Assembly: GCA_002104945.1 (NCBI GenBank) | Contig: MCFH01000054.1 | Location: forward strand, 1-64,000 | Direction of reading: 5' to 3' | DNA: 64,000 nucleotides | Origin: Piromyces finnis finn | Taxonomy: Eukaryota; Fungi; Neocallimastigomycota | Shown here: one piece after another, positions 13,495-24,897 of the stretch | How the letters are laid out: the number at the start of each line of letters is the position of its first letter | Position numbering within the stretch: the stretch's first letter is position 1 | Translations under genes and position numbers: made by a program | The notes under the pieces: generated by a model | Database searches by the model: none | The model's input: the letters and a program-made list of their open reading frames with translations, nothing else | Told to the model about the DNA's origin: nothing

Positions 13495-13751
13495 TTTTTA
13501 CATTTCATTTCTTTAGAAAAAAAATACATGAGTAAATAACAATATTCTGATAGAAAATATTGGAAAATGTCTTTGTATTTATACTATAATAATTATTTTT
13601 TTTTTGGACGTATAAATTTTTTTGATCTATATAATTAATTTATTTAAATTAAATGTGAATTTAGAATGTTAGAATGACCGATTTTAAATTCACATTTAAA
13701 TCACATTGGTTCAATTATTATTTCGTTTATTAATTAATTTAAATATTATAC

Positions 13752-13755
13752 CTAT

Positions 13756-13822
<67 letters not shown>

Positions 13823-13826
13823 TTAA
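13752..13826. repeat. (TTTA)n microsatellite
   Basis: Direct inspection. Confidence 0.9.
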
Positions 13827-13947
13827 ATAAATTTTTATTGAAAAACACATATAAAATAATTGTTTATATATGTTTTTAAATAAAAGAATAATAAGGATAT
13901 TGTTTTTTTTTTTTACTTTCATTCTCTCTTTTTTTACTAAAATATTT

Positions 13948-15795
13948 TTATAATTTTTTAATTGAATTATCATACAACTGTTTTAAATGGTATTGCTTTT
14001 CTTTATATTCTTCTTTACTAGCATTTTGATTATCCTTAATCCACTCGATTGTGTAATTTATAGCTTCATTTAACACCTTACATGAATAATCATTATTTTC
14101 ACTTTTAACATATTTTTGAAGATCACTGGCATATTTTTCAAGACAATTCATACAATTTCTTCTTTCATTTTCTTGTTTTTCATCTTCTTTAAATTTTTCA
14201 GAATTCTTTATTATATATTGAATTTCATTTTCATGCAAAACTCTCTTTTTATTTTCAATTATAATAATGTTTTTGTTTTTATCATATTTAATATTATCAT
14301 ATTCTATTGAAATATTTAGAATTCCATTTTTATCAATATTAAAATTAATTATTTCCTTATCTTTTTTTTTAAACAATTCTTTGAGTTTTCTCCACATATT
14401 AGATGGAGGTGTGTTTTTGAATAAATCATATTCATATAATATATTACTTCCTTCTAATAAATTATTATCTTCATAGATGTTAAATGTAGATTTTCCATTA
14501 TTAGAAATAGTATATTTTATTATTTTTTGTATTGGAATTACGGAATTACATTTAAAAGAAATATCCCTAATTTTATCATCATTTATAAATTTAGTTTCAA
14601 TTTTTAATGAATGAGTTAATACATCTTTTACAATAATATTTTTAATTTTTCCTGAAAGGATAGAAGCTCTAATTATTGCACCATTAGCAACAGCTTCCTC
14701 TACATTTACGGTTTTATTTATATTCTTTCCATTAAAATAAGAAGTAATCATTTTCTGAATTTTTGGAATCCGTGTAGTACCACCAACTAAGATAATTTCA
14801 TTAATATCTGATTTATTAAATTCTGCATCTTTTATAACCATTTTAATAGATTTCATAATTTTTTCAAATAAATCAGAACTTAATTTTTCAAAATGCGAAC
14901 GTGTAATACTACTAGAAAAATCAATATCATTATATAAATAGTCAATATCGATAAAAGCTTCTTTAAATGATGTAAGTTCAAGTTTAATTTTTTCACATTC
15001 TTTCCTTAGGCGGTATAATGATTTTGGTTTAGTAGTAAGATCCTTATTGTACTTCTCTTTAAATTCTTTAACAAAATGGTCTACAAGACGAGTATTAAAA
15101 TCTTCCCCTCCTAAACATGAATCACCTTTTGATGCTTTAACAGTAATGTTATTATTCTTAATATTAATAATTGATACATCAAAAGTACCACTCCCAATAT
15201 CAACGATTAAAACATTTTCTTCATTTTTAATATCATTATTAATAATATAAGAAAGAGCTGCAGCAGTTGGTTCATTAATAAGTTGTATATCATCTAAACA
15301 TGCAATTTTACTAGCACTAATAATTGCTTGACGTTGAACATCATTAAAATAAGCAGGAACTGTAATAACTGCATTTTTTACAGGCTGACATAAATGTTTT
15401 TCTGCTATTTCTTTCATTTTTGATATAGTCATACTCATGATCTCTTCAATTAGAAATTCTCTAGTTTGGTTTTTATATTTGACACTTATATAAGGTTTAT
15501 TTTGCTTATTTCCCAATTTAAGTGGAAAATTTTTTTGATAAGAACGAACTTCTTTATCATTATAATCTCTACCAATTAAACGTTTACTATTTATTATTGT
15601 ATTTTCATAATTCTTTATTAATTGAGAAATGGCATTATCCCCAACTAAACGCTCGAAATCTGTAAAAGAAACACAATTTCTTGTTTGGCGTTTTCCTAGT
15701 TCATTTGGAATAATTTCTACATGATTTTTTTCCCAAATGCCAACTCTTGAATAGTTGGTACCTAGATCAATACCAATTACAGGACCTATAACCAT
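13948..15795 (-). CDS. Divergent Hsp70-family protein, intact and intronless, 615 aa
   Basis: Motifs [43 protein letters not shown] and LVGGTTRIP. The substrate-binding domain is strongly diverged and there is no EEVD. Confidence 0.9.
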   Translation of the reverse strand: MVIGPVIGIDLGTNYSRVGIWEKNHVEIIPNELGKRQTRNCVSFTDFERLVGDNAISQLIKNYENTIINSKRLIGRDYNDKEVRSYQKNFPLKLGNKQNKPYISVKYKNQTREFLIEEIMSMTISKMKEIAEKHLCQPVKNAVITVPAYFNDVQRQAIISASKIACLDDIQLINEPTAAALSYIINNDIKNEENVLIVDIGSGTFDVSIINIKNNNITVKASKGDSCLGGEDFNTRLVDHFVKEFKEKYNKDLTTKPKSLYRLRKECEKIKLELTSFKEAFIDIDYLYNDIDFSSSITRSHFEKLSSDLFEKIMKSIKMVIKDAEFNKSDINEIILVGGTTRIPKIQKMITSYFNGKNINKTVNVEEAVANGAIIRASILSGKIKNIIVKDVLTHSLKIETKFINDDKIRDISFKCNSVIPIQKIIKYTISNNGKSTFNIYEDNNLLEGSNILYEYDLFKNTPPSNMWRKLKELFKKKDKEIINFNIDKNGILNISIEYDNIKYDKNKNIIIIENKKRVLHENEIQYIIKNSEKFKEDEKQENERRNCMNCLEKYASDLQKYVKSENNDYSCKVLNEAINYTIEWIKDNQNASKEEYKEKQYHLKQLYDNSIKKL

Positions 15796-16537
15796 TATTT
15801 ATAAACTTTCTTTTTTAATTAAACGTAAGAATAAAATGATAATACTACTAGTCAAAATATTTAAATAAATATAAATTATATATATTTTTTATTTCAAACT
15901 ATTCCTTTTTATTATTATTATTATTATTTTATTTTTGATAAAATACCTTTTTATATTTATTTATTTTTTTTTTTTAAAATTTTGAGATTTCTTATTATTT
16001 TTGATAAATAACACAAAATTTTGTTTGTGTAACAATTAAAAAATAGTTTTTTTTTTTTTTTTTTTTTTAATTAATTTCTTAAAAACTATATTGGTTTTTA
16101 AATGACTGTTTTTTTTTTTTTTAAATATAAAAAAATGGTCATTTTATTATATTGGTTTTTACATTTCTCTATCCCTACATATGAATATATGAATACAACG
16201 TAGTACCTAATCCCAATCCTATTAGTCAATTTAAAATTAAATTATTTATTTATTATTAATAAATAAATACTTTAAAGACATACAAAATATATAATGTAAT
16301 TAATGAATAATTATTGAACTAAAAGTGTTTTTCGATTATAAGTTTTTATTATTATTATTAGTAGTAGTAGTAGTAGTGGTATAATAAATAAAAGAAAAAA
16401 TAATAAAATAGACTAAATACTATAATTTTACAAAAACAACATATTAAAAGAATGTCCGATAGTTATTTTATATAATAGTTTATAAAATGGGAAAACCATT
16501 TATATATGATATATATGATACATTAAGGTATTTGATA

Positions 16538-18331
16538 TTATTTAAAAAGAGAAGAAGCAAGATTTAATAATTCATTTCTTTTTTCATCATATTCTTCTTT
16601 ACTTGCATCATGATGATCGGAAATCCATTCAATTGTGGTAGTAATAATATTTCTTAATTTTTCTTCATCCTCTATTTTAATTTTGTATCTATCCTTTTCA
16701 TTATTAAGACGTTTAAGAAGTTGACGAGCATAATCATCAAGTTTATTCATAGATTGAATTCTTTCTCTGTCTTTCCTGTCTTCTTCTTGATACATTTCAG
16801 CTTCTTTAATTAAACGTTCAATCTCTTCTTGAGATAATTCATTATTTGATATGGTAATCTCTCTAGAAAGACCAGTGCCTAACTCAACAGCAGACACGTG
16901 AATAATACCATTGATATCTACTTTATAAGTTAATTCAACTTTTGTTTCATCACGTGGAGCTGATGTAATACCTTCTAATACAACTTCACCTAGGACAGTA
17001 TTATCTTTTACTAATTCACGTTCACCTTGTACAACTCTAAATCTTATGACTGTTTGTCCATCACGACATGTTATACGAATATCCTTACCTTCTGCTGGAA
17101 TACGGGTATTACGTTTAATGAGAGTATCTACTGTTGTTCCTCTATTATCAACACCTAATGAAAGAGAAAGAACATCGTATAAATTTAAATTTTTAATAGA
17201 TTCTGATTGATCACCAGAAAGACTAGCTGCTTGAATAGCTGCACCACAGACTACCGCTTCATCTGGATTAATACTTCTTCTTATTTTTCTCTCATGAAAA
17301 TAGGAGGAAACTAATTCTTTAACCATTGGTATACGAGAAGATCCACCAACTAATACAACTTCATTAATATCAGATTTGGTTAAATTAGCTTCTTCGATTG
17401 CCTTTTCTATTAGAGTAATGGCCTCTTCAAATTGAGCACGAGTAATACCAGTGAAGAAATCTATACCATCAAATAAATGTTCAACTTCAATAGATGCGTA
17501 AAAAGAAGATGATAGAATACATTTAGCACGTTCACAAGCTATTCTTAATCTATTTAATGATCTTAAATTAGTAGAAAGATCTTTTTCATATTTTCTTTTA
17601 AATTCTTCAACAAAATAGTCTACAATTTTATTAGTAAAATCTTTACCACCTAAGTGTGCATCACCTGCTGTAGCTTTAACTGTAAATGTAGAATTATTAA
17701 TGTTTAAAATAGAGATATCAAATGTACCACCCCCGAGATCAAAAATTAGAATATTTTCTTCACCCTTTATGGTTTTATTAAGACCGTAGGCAAGAGCAGC
17801 TGCAGTTGGTTCATTTATAATTTGTAAAACGTTTAAGCCAGCAATTCTACCGGCATCTCTAGTCGCTCGACGTTGAGTATCATTAAAATAAGCAGGAACA
17901 GTAATGACAGCATCTTTTACTGGGCAACCTATATAATCTTGAGCATTATTTTTTAATTTTGAAAGAATCATGGCAGATATTTCTTCTGGCATAAAATCCT
18001 TAATTTCATTTTTATATTCAACACGAATGTAAGGTTTTCCACTCTTCTCAACAACTTTGAAAGGCCAATGTTTTAAATCTGATTAAATATTTGAAAATTC
18101 TCTTCCAATTATTCGCTTTACATCAAAAAGCGAATTTTGTGGGTATCTTTCAGATTTATATTTAGCAGGATCACCAACTAAAGTTTCATTATCCTTAATA
18201 AAAACATAAGAAGATGTAGTACGTTCCCCAAGATCATTTGGAATAATATCTACATGATCCTTATTCCATATCCCTATACATGAGTATGTAGTTCCTAAAT
18301 CAATACCAATTGCATTACTTATTTCAGTTAT
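16538..18331 (-). pseudogene. Hsp70, probably a pseudogene (start codon lost plus one nonsense codon)
   Basis: The in-frame upstream extension of ORF 16538-17992 reads [18 protein letters not shown]...[15 protein letters not shown] sits at 18331 where the paralog has ATG, and TAA is at 18083-18085. Confidence 0.82.
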
Positions 18332-19353
18332 TTTATAATTAAATTATTTGCTTTAATACTAAGTTAATGTTTCAAAGAGATATTTATATACTAATGAATA
18401 ATTAATGAATTAATTGAATGTAATAATAGAATTTTTTGATTCTTTATATATATATATATATTTTTTTTCTTACCATCATTTTATTATTATTATTATTATT
18501 AATTTTTATTTTTAATGCTTGATGTCTATATTCCTATATATTTTATTATTTTAAAAAATACTTTCATGACTATTAAAAAAAAATAATAATATATAAAAAC
18601 TTTTTTTCGATATTTAGACATATTTTTTTTTTTTTTTGTATATTAAATTTAAAATTCTATAAAATAAAGTTATAAAAAAAATTACATTTTATCCAAAAAT
18701 ATAATAAACTTTAAAGATCAATAAAGTTTGTATATATTATTTTAATTAAGGAATATCCAATTAAAATAAAAAATCAGGCAGATTTCGGACTTGTCCAAGC
18801 TTTTATTTTTAATATTTTTCCCAGTTAAAATCAGGTCAAATTTGATAATCAAAAATATTATATTATAAAAAATGTTAGATTATTTATTTCATATGGAATA
18901 ATAAAAAGTTTTATCTATAAAAAAGAAGAAAATAGAAAAAAAACTATCTTTTTATGTATTTAAATTAATTTAGAAATAATAATTGATTTATAATGATAAT
19001 ATTATAATATGGATTAAAAAAATAAAATATGAAATATTAAGTTAAAATATGAAATAAATAATAAAAAAAAAAAAAGGGTATTTTACACAATAACTTTTTC
19101 TAATAATTAGTATAAATGTATGATTTCCATATTAATTTTTATAATAATTATTCTCTTTAAACTTTTATTAAAAAAAATAATTTTTTATTATATTTTATTA
19201 ATTTAAATAAAAAAAAAAAGGTATATACAACTTTAAAATAACTCTTTTTTTTTATTAGATATTTTTTTTACATACATTTACATACATTATTTAATTTTTA
19301 TGAATATCTTTTTTTTTTTTTAATAATTTTTTATTTATAATCTTGGCATGATA

Positions 19354-21279
19354 TTAGCATAATTTTTTAATAAATTTAGCGACTTCTTTTAATTCTTTTA
19401 TTTTATCTTCATAATCTTCTTTACTAGCATTATGATGTTCATGAATCCAATTTATCATAGAATTAACAGTTTTAATTAGCTTAATTTCATTCTCTAAATT
19501 CATTGTTGGTGTTGTTGGTGTTGTTGGTGTTGGTGGTATTGTTGGTGTTGTTGGTGGTGTTGGTGGTGTTGTTTGATATAAGTTAGGATAAAGAAAATGA
19601 TTTAATTCTGTTGTTTTAAGATAATTACGAAGATCGTATAAATAATTTTCTAGGGAATTTAAAGTTTTTATTCTTTCTTTTTTCCTTTTATCATCTTCTT
19701 TATAACTTTCTGCTTCCTTAATTAGTTTTTCAATATCCTTCTGATATAGACCTCCTTTACAATCAGAAATTGTAATTTTTTTGGAAAGCTTTGTCCCTTT
19801 TTCACTTGCGGTTATATGTAAAATACCATTTTGATCAATATCATAATTTAAATATATTTTTACTTCTCCACGCGGAGCTAGGGTAATTCCATTCAAAGAA
19901 AATTCACCTAAAGTAATATTATCCTTTACTAGAGTACGTTCACCCTGACATATTCGAAACTTCATGGAACTTTGATTATCACGATAAGTTCTACATTTAA
20001 TCGTTTTACTTGTTGGAATGGGTGAATTACGTTTTATAATTTTATGCATTATATCTCCTCTAATTCTAACACCTAATGATAATGGGATAACATCTTGTAA
20101 TTTTAAATTTTTAATGGTCTCAGAAAAATCGCCTAATAGGCACGCCGCTTGAATAGCTGCTCCACATGCAACGGCTTCATCTGGATTAACAGTTTTTCTT
20201 AATTTTTTTCCATCAAAATAAGAGGAAACCAATTTTTGAATTTTAGGAATTCGGGTGGACCCACCAACTAACACAATTTCATCAATATCCGATTTGTCTA
20301 AATCGGCGTCAGAAAGAACTCGTTCAATGGGTTCAAGTATCTTTTCAAATAAATCTGAATTTAATTCTTCAAATTGAGCACGTGTTATACTACTGTAAAA
20401 ATCTATACCATCAAATAAATATTCAATTTCAATGGAAGCATAATCAGAAAAAGATAGAATACATTTAGCACGATCACATGCTTTTCTTATACGATATAAT
20501 GATCTTGGATTAGTAGAAAGATCTTTGTCATATTTTCTTTTAAATTCTTCAACAAAATAGTCTACAAGACGATTTGTAAAGTCTTCACCTCCTAAATGAG
20601 TATCCCCTGCTGTAGCTTTAACCGTAAATATATTATTATTAATGGTTAAAAGAGAAACATCAAATGTACCTCCTCCAAGATCAACAATTAAAACATTTTC
20701 TTTACCCTTTTTGGTTTCATTAAGACTGTAGGCAAGAGCAGCTGCTGTTGGTTCATTTATAATTTGTAAAACGTTTAAGCCAGCAATTCTACCGGCATCT
20801 CTAGTCGCTCGACGTTGAGCATCATTAAAATAAGCAGGAACGGTAATAACAGCATCTTTTACTTCTTCACCTAAATAATCTTGAGCGTTATCTTTTAATT
20901 TTGTTAAAATCATACTAGATATTTCTTCTGGAGTAAATTCTTTAAATTCATTTTTATATTCAACACGAACATAAGGTTTTTCTAATTTTTCAATGACGTT
21001 AAAACTCCATAAATCAATATCCGATTGAACATCCTCATCCCAAAAATCACGACCTATTAATCGTTTAATATTATAAATTGTATTTTTATAATTAATTCCA
21101 CCTTTATATAAAGCTTCATCACCAACTAATCTTTCAGTAGGAGTAAATGCAACATAAGAAGGTGTTGTACGATGGCCTTGTTCATTAGCAATAACTTCTA
21201 CATAACCATTTCTCCAAGCAGCAATACATGAATAAGTAGTACCTAAATCAATACCAATTGAAATATTGTAACCCATCAT
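19354..21279 (-). CDS. Hsp70-family protein, intact and intronless, 641 aa, with a Pro/Thr insertion in the lid and no EEVD
   Basis: Canonical ATPase motifs [37 protein letters not shown] and LVGGSTRIP. Confidence 0.95.
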   Translation of the reverse strand: MMGYNISIGIDLGTTYSCIAAWRNGYVEVIANEQGHRTTPSYVAFTPTERLVGDEALYKGGINYKNTIYNIKRLIGRDFWDEDVQSDIDLWSFNVIEKLEKPYVRVEYKNEFKEFTPEEISSMILTKLKDNAQDYLGEEVKDAVITVPAYFNDAQRRATRDAGRIAGLNVLQIINEPTAAALAYSLNETKKGKENVLIVDLGGGTFDVSLLTINNNIFTVKATAGDTHLGGEDFTNRLVDYFVEEFKRKYDKDLSTNPRSLYRIRKACDRAKCILSFSDYASIEIEYLFDGIDFYSSITRAQFEELNSDLFEKILEPIERVLSDADLDKSDIDEIVLVGGSTRIPKIQKLVSSYFDGKKLRKTVNPDEAVACGAAIQAACLLGDFSETIKNLKLQDVIPLSLGVRIRGDIMHKIIKRNSPIPTSKTIKCRTYRDNQSSMKFRICQGERTLVKDNITLGEFSLNGITLAPRGEVKIYLNYDIDQNGILHITASEKGTKLSKKITISDCKGGLYQKDIEKLIKEAESYKEDDKRKKERIKTLNSLENYLYDLRNYLKTTELNHFLYPNLYQTTPPTPPTTPTIPPTPTTPTTPTMNLENEIKLIKTVNSMINWIHEHHNASKEDYEDKIKELKEVAKFIKKLC

Positions 21280-21518
21280 GTTATAAATTATAAAATAATA
21301 TAATATAATAAATTATTTTATTTATTTTATACTTTTTTTTTTTTTTATACTTTTTTTTTTTTTTTTTCAAAATAATTTCAATTTATATAGTATATATATC
21401 AATCATATATCCATTTAAATAATTAAATATATAAATACATGATATTAGTAATTTTCAAATAATAAATTAAAAAAAATATATTAAATAATATAAACAAGGA
21501 GACCTTTCACATTGTACA

Positions 21519-21549
<31 letters not shown>

Positions 21550-21860
21550 CTTATAAAAAGACATCATGAAAATTAAAAGTTTTATATAAAAAAGGAAAAA
21601 TTAAAATTAAATTTTTTACCTATAATTTTAGACATTATTTATTATCTCTATTCATTATCATATATAAATTTATATATAATAATAATAATAATAATAATAT
21701 ATTCTTTGAAAAATAAAACAATTAATTATAATAAAAAGTAAGACTTTTTTTTTTAGAATTAATAAATTAAGATATTAAATAAAAATGATATCCATATATA
21801 GACATATACATAGCATTAATAAAGAATAAAATATGAATTTAAAAATTTAATAAAAATTTT

Positions 21861-22009
21861 CGACTGAGAAGTAGATATTGGATAGAATGTCTTAATGATT
21901 GATTGCCTCGGAATTTGGATGTTTTGATATTGTAAAATATTTAATGGAAAATAAAATAAATATTATTGAGATTACTAATAAACTTCCAAGAGATTTTACT
22001 AGAAACTAG
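21861..22009 (+). pseudogene. Ankyrin-repeat gene relic
   Basis: Reads G*NVLMI, then a 4-bp gatt duplication, then ASEFGCFDIVKYLMENKIN. This is one ankyrin repeat with a stop and a frameshift. Confidence 0.65.
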
Positions 22010-22399
22010 GAGGTTTATGAGAAGTAGTATAAACTTTAAGAACTAGCCAAACATCTATTATTTGAATTTTTCTAGTTCAAGTAACCATGAGCATTGATAA
22101 ATGTACCTAAAGGAGACACATTCTCAAGAGGATCACATTAACTTTCTTTTTATAATAAAAAAAAAACAAGGTAATTTTATCAAAAATAACATTAATTATT
22201 CATAAAAATATAAAAAAAAAAAAACTGAATTACATTTCTTATATAATAAAAAAAAAAAAAAAAGAGTGAAATAGATAAAGACTTTTTTTTTTTTTTTATA
22301 ATTATTCATTATAAATTTATTAATATTTTATTTTATTTTTCTTTATATATGTATATATAAATAAGTTATGAAGGTTATATATTTATGTTTATTAATATT

Positions 22400-22433
<34 letters not shown>

Positions 22434-22846
22434 TTCTTATTATCACTATTGGTATTAGGTATTGGTGGTAATTATAATTATTATTAATATTTAATATTAT
22501 TAAAGGTTTATAATAAGACTTTTTATATCTATTTTTTAAAAAATGGGAATCGATATAATTACTTTGTTTTTTAGAAAAATAAAAAATTGAATACGCTAAT
22601 TTAATAAATAAATTTAAAAAAAAATGGTATCATCTGTAAATGTTCTCTTTTATATTTTCCTTTCTTTTCTACCAACTAAAATATACAAAAAATAAAAAAT
22701 AAAAAAAACCTTTTTTTTCTCTACTAATTAAAAAGTTTACTTTTTATCCCTTAATTTAAATAAAAAACTTGTTAAACGCTTATTCTTTAGTTTCCATTAA
22801 AAAAAAAAGCTTTTTTTTTTTTTTACATTATACCCTTTAATTTTTC

Positions 22847-24897
22847 TTACTCCTTATTAGAAATAGTACCAGGACTACCATAAAGAATAGGTGTTAATAA
22901 ATTAATTTTACTTGGTATTTCAGAAAATGTGCTACTGTGATGAAGAGGTGCAATACGATTTGGTTTTCTTCCAACCTTTGGTGGTAAACTGGAATTTGTA
23001 TGAATGGAAGAAGAACCAGACTTTTGAGTAGATGGAAGAAGATGTCTTAAATAAGAGAATGAAGAAGGTGATATAAAGGATGATGAAGGGGTTTCAATAG
23101 GATTAGTGGAAAGACTATCGTTAGATTGACCCTTTTCTGGTTGTAAATGAGACTCACTATTAATGATACCAGCAGCATTTGGTAGACCACTTGAAGAATT
23201 TCTATTGTTATTTTCAATATTTTTGTTAATAAGTTTTTGATATATTTCATCATTGACATTATTCACCGAAGTGGAATGATATTTTTTTCCATCCAAAGAT
23301 ACACTACCACTTTCTTCTCCTTGAAAGAATATTTTTGCTAAATTAGCATTACTATCAATATTAAAATCAATACTACCATTACTTTCTTGGAAAAAAGATG
23401 ATGCATATTCTCTTACTAAACTTTGACTTAATACCATATTGCTAGTCTGACTTACAAAGCTTTCATTAAGAGCATTTTCATAAAGATTATTATTTTGAGA
23501 ATCCTCAATAGAATTGTACCTTTCACCATATGGATTATATATGGTATTATCAACAATATTGGATATATTTTGATAACTACCAGCTTCTTCTTCTTCTTCT
23601 TCTTCTCCAATCTTGCCTTCCCCATGTTTTATATCTTTTCTTTTTATCTTTTTATTCAAGGAATTTGATGATGAAGGATTAATTGAACCATAAGTAGGCT
23701 TTTTTCTAAATTGACTAAAATTGACCGATTTTCTCTTTTTATTAGTACCGGAAGTTTTATTTCTATAAATATTATTGTTTTATATGTATAAAAATTAGAA
23801 AAAAAATATAAACATTAAAACAAGCAAAAAGCAGAATTAATATTATAATATTAAATATTGCTTTTTATCTTATTCACAAAAAAATTAGGTTTTATTCATT
23901 TTATAATACATACTTTTTTAATAAGACGCATAAACGAATAAATTGAATAATATATCTCAATACTATAACACTATTATCAATAATGGCATCACTTTTTGGA
24001 CATTGTTTCTTAGTAACATAGTATATGAATATACATACAGAAACAATAATAATATCTAATATATTCCAAATAGAGTAAAAGTAATACTAAGAATAAAAAA
24101 TATATATATGATATAAATAGGAGAAATTTAATAGGCATAAAAAAAAACATATTTTATTAGAATTTACATAAATATATAAAGTATTGTTATTCTTTCAATA
24201 TTTTTGATCATTAAATCTTTTATTATTTACCTTTCTTTGAGCCAATAAGCGAATAGTTACTTCAATTATTAAGGCAAAAATAATCAAAGCTTCCAAAGCT
24301 AAATGATATTCATTAGTACTATTAATATAAAAATTTAAAATTAGAACTAATATGCATGCTTCATTGTTATTTTTTATTTATAATAATCCTATCTATAAAA
24401 ATATTTATTATTCTATAAACAAAATATTTACCAATCTACAAAACATGACTATTTATAAAGGGAGATGACAATAAATAAATATAAATGTATAGGATTGAAA
24501 AAAAAAAAAAGGTTAATAAATATTTTTATTTTTTAATTACTTTTCGCAAAATAGCTTTAAATGTTTTTAACATTCTTACCAATACAATAGATATTGATGA
24601 TAATATGATAATAAAGATATAATAGTATTGAAAGTATTTTGAGTAGAGAACACGTGTTGCAATATAATTAAATTTTTCCATAAGAGTCATTTGGAAGGTG
24701 GAAGAACTTGAAGAAAAAGAATCTTCAGAATTCAATGAATGACCCGACATATTATCAATTTTATCAATGGATATATTTATTAAAAGTTGGCATCGTTCAT
24801 CATCTTCTTCAATTAATGGTTCATCATTAGTTACAGGTTGTATTAAATCTTCTGTAGAATTTTGAGTATTAACGATTGAATCTTCAATATTTGACAT
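22847..24897 (-). CDS. Multi-exon membrane protein with an isolated voltage-sensor-like (Ion_trans S1-S4) domain and a long low-complexity C-tail
   Basis: Hand-spliced exons give ...YYYIFIIILSSISIVL|SCFVDC|TNEYHLALEALIIFALIIEVTIRLLAQRK|YYFYSIWNILDIIIVSVC...VIVLRYIIQLFRLCVLLKK|NKTSGTNKKRKSVNFSQF, which joins ORF 22847-23659. The true 3' end is uncertain. Confidence 0.72.

Noticed and set aside
11938-18331. RIP- or CpG-deamination signature in the Hsp70 pseudogene lesions
   Set aside because: Two lesions fit C:G to T:A (ATG to ATA, CAA to TAA). Paralogs have CGT and AGA at the two TGA sites, however, and other lesions are indels or transversions, so there is no consistent pattern.
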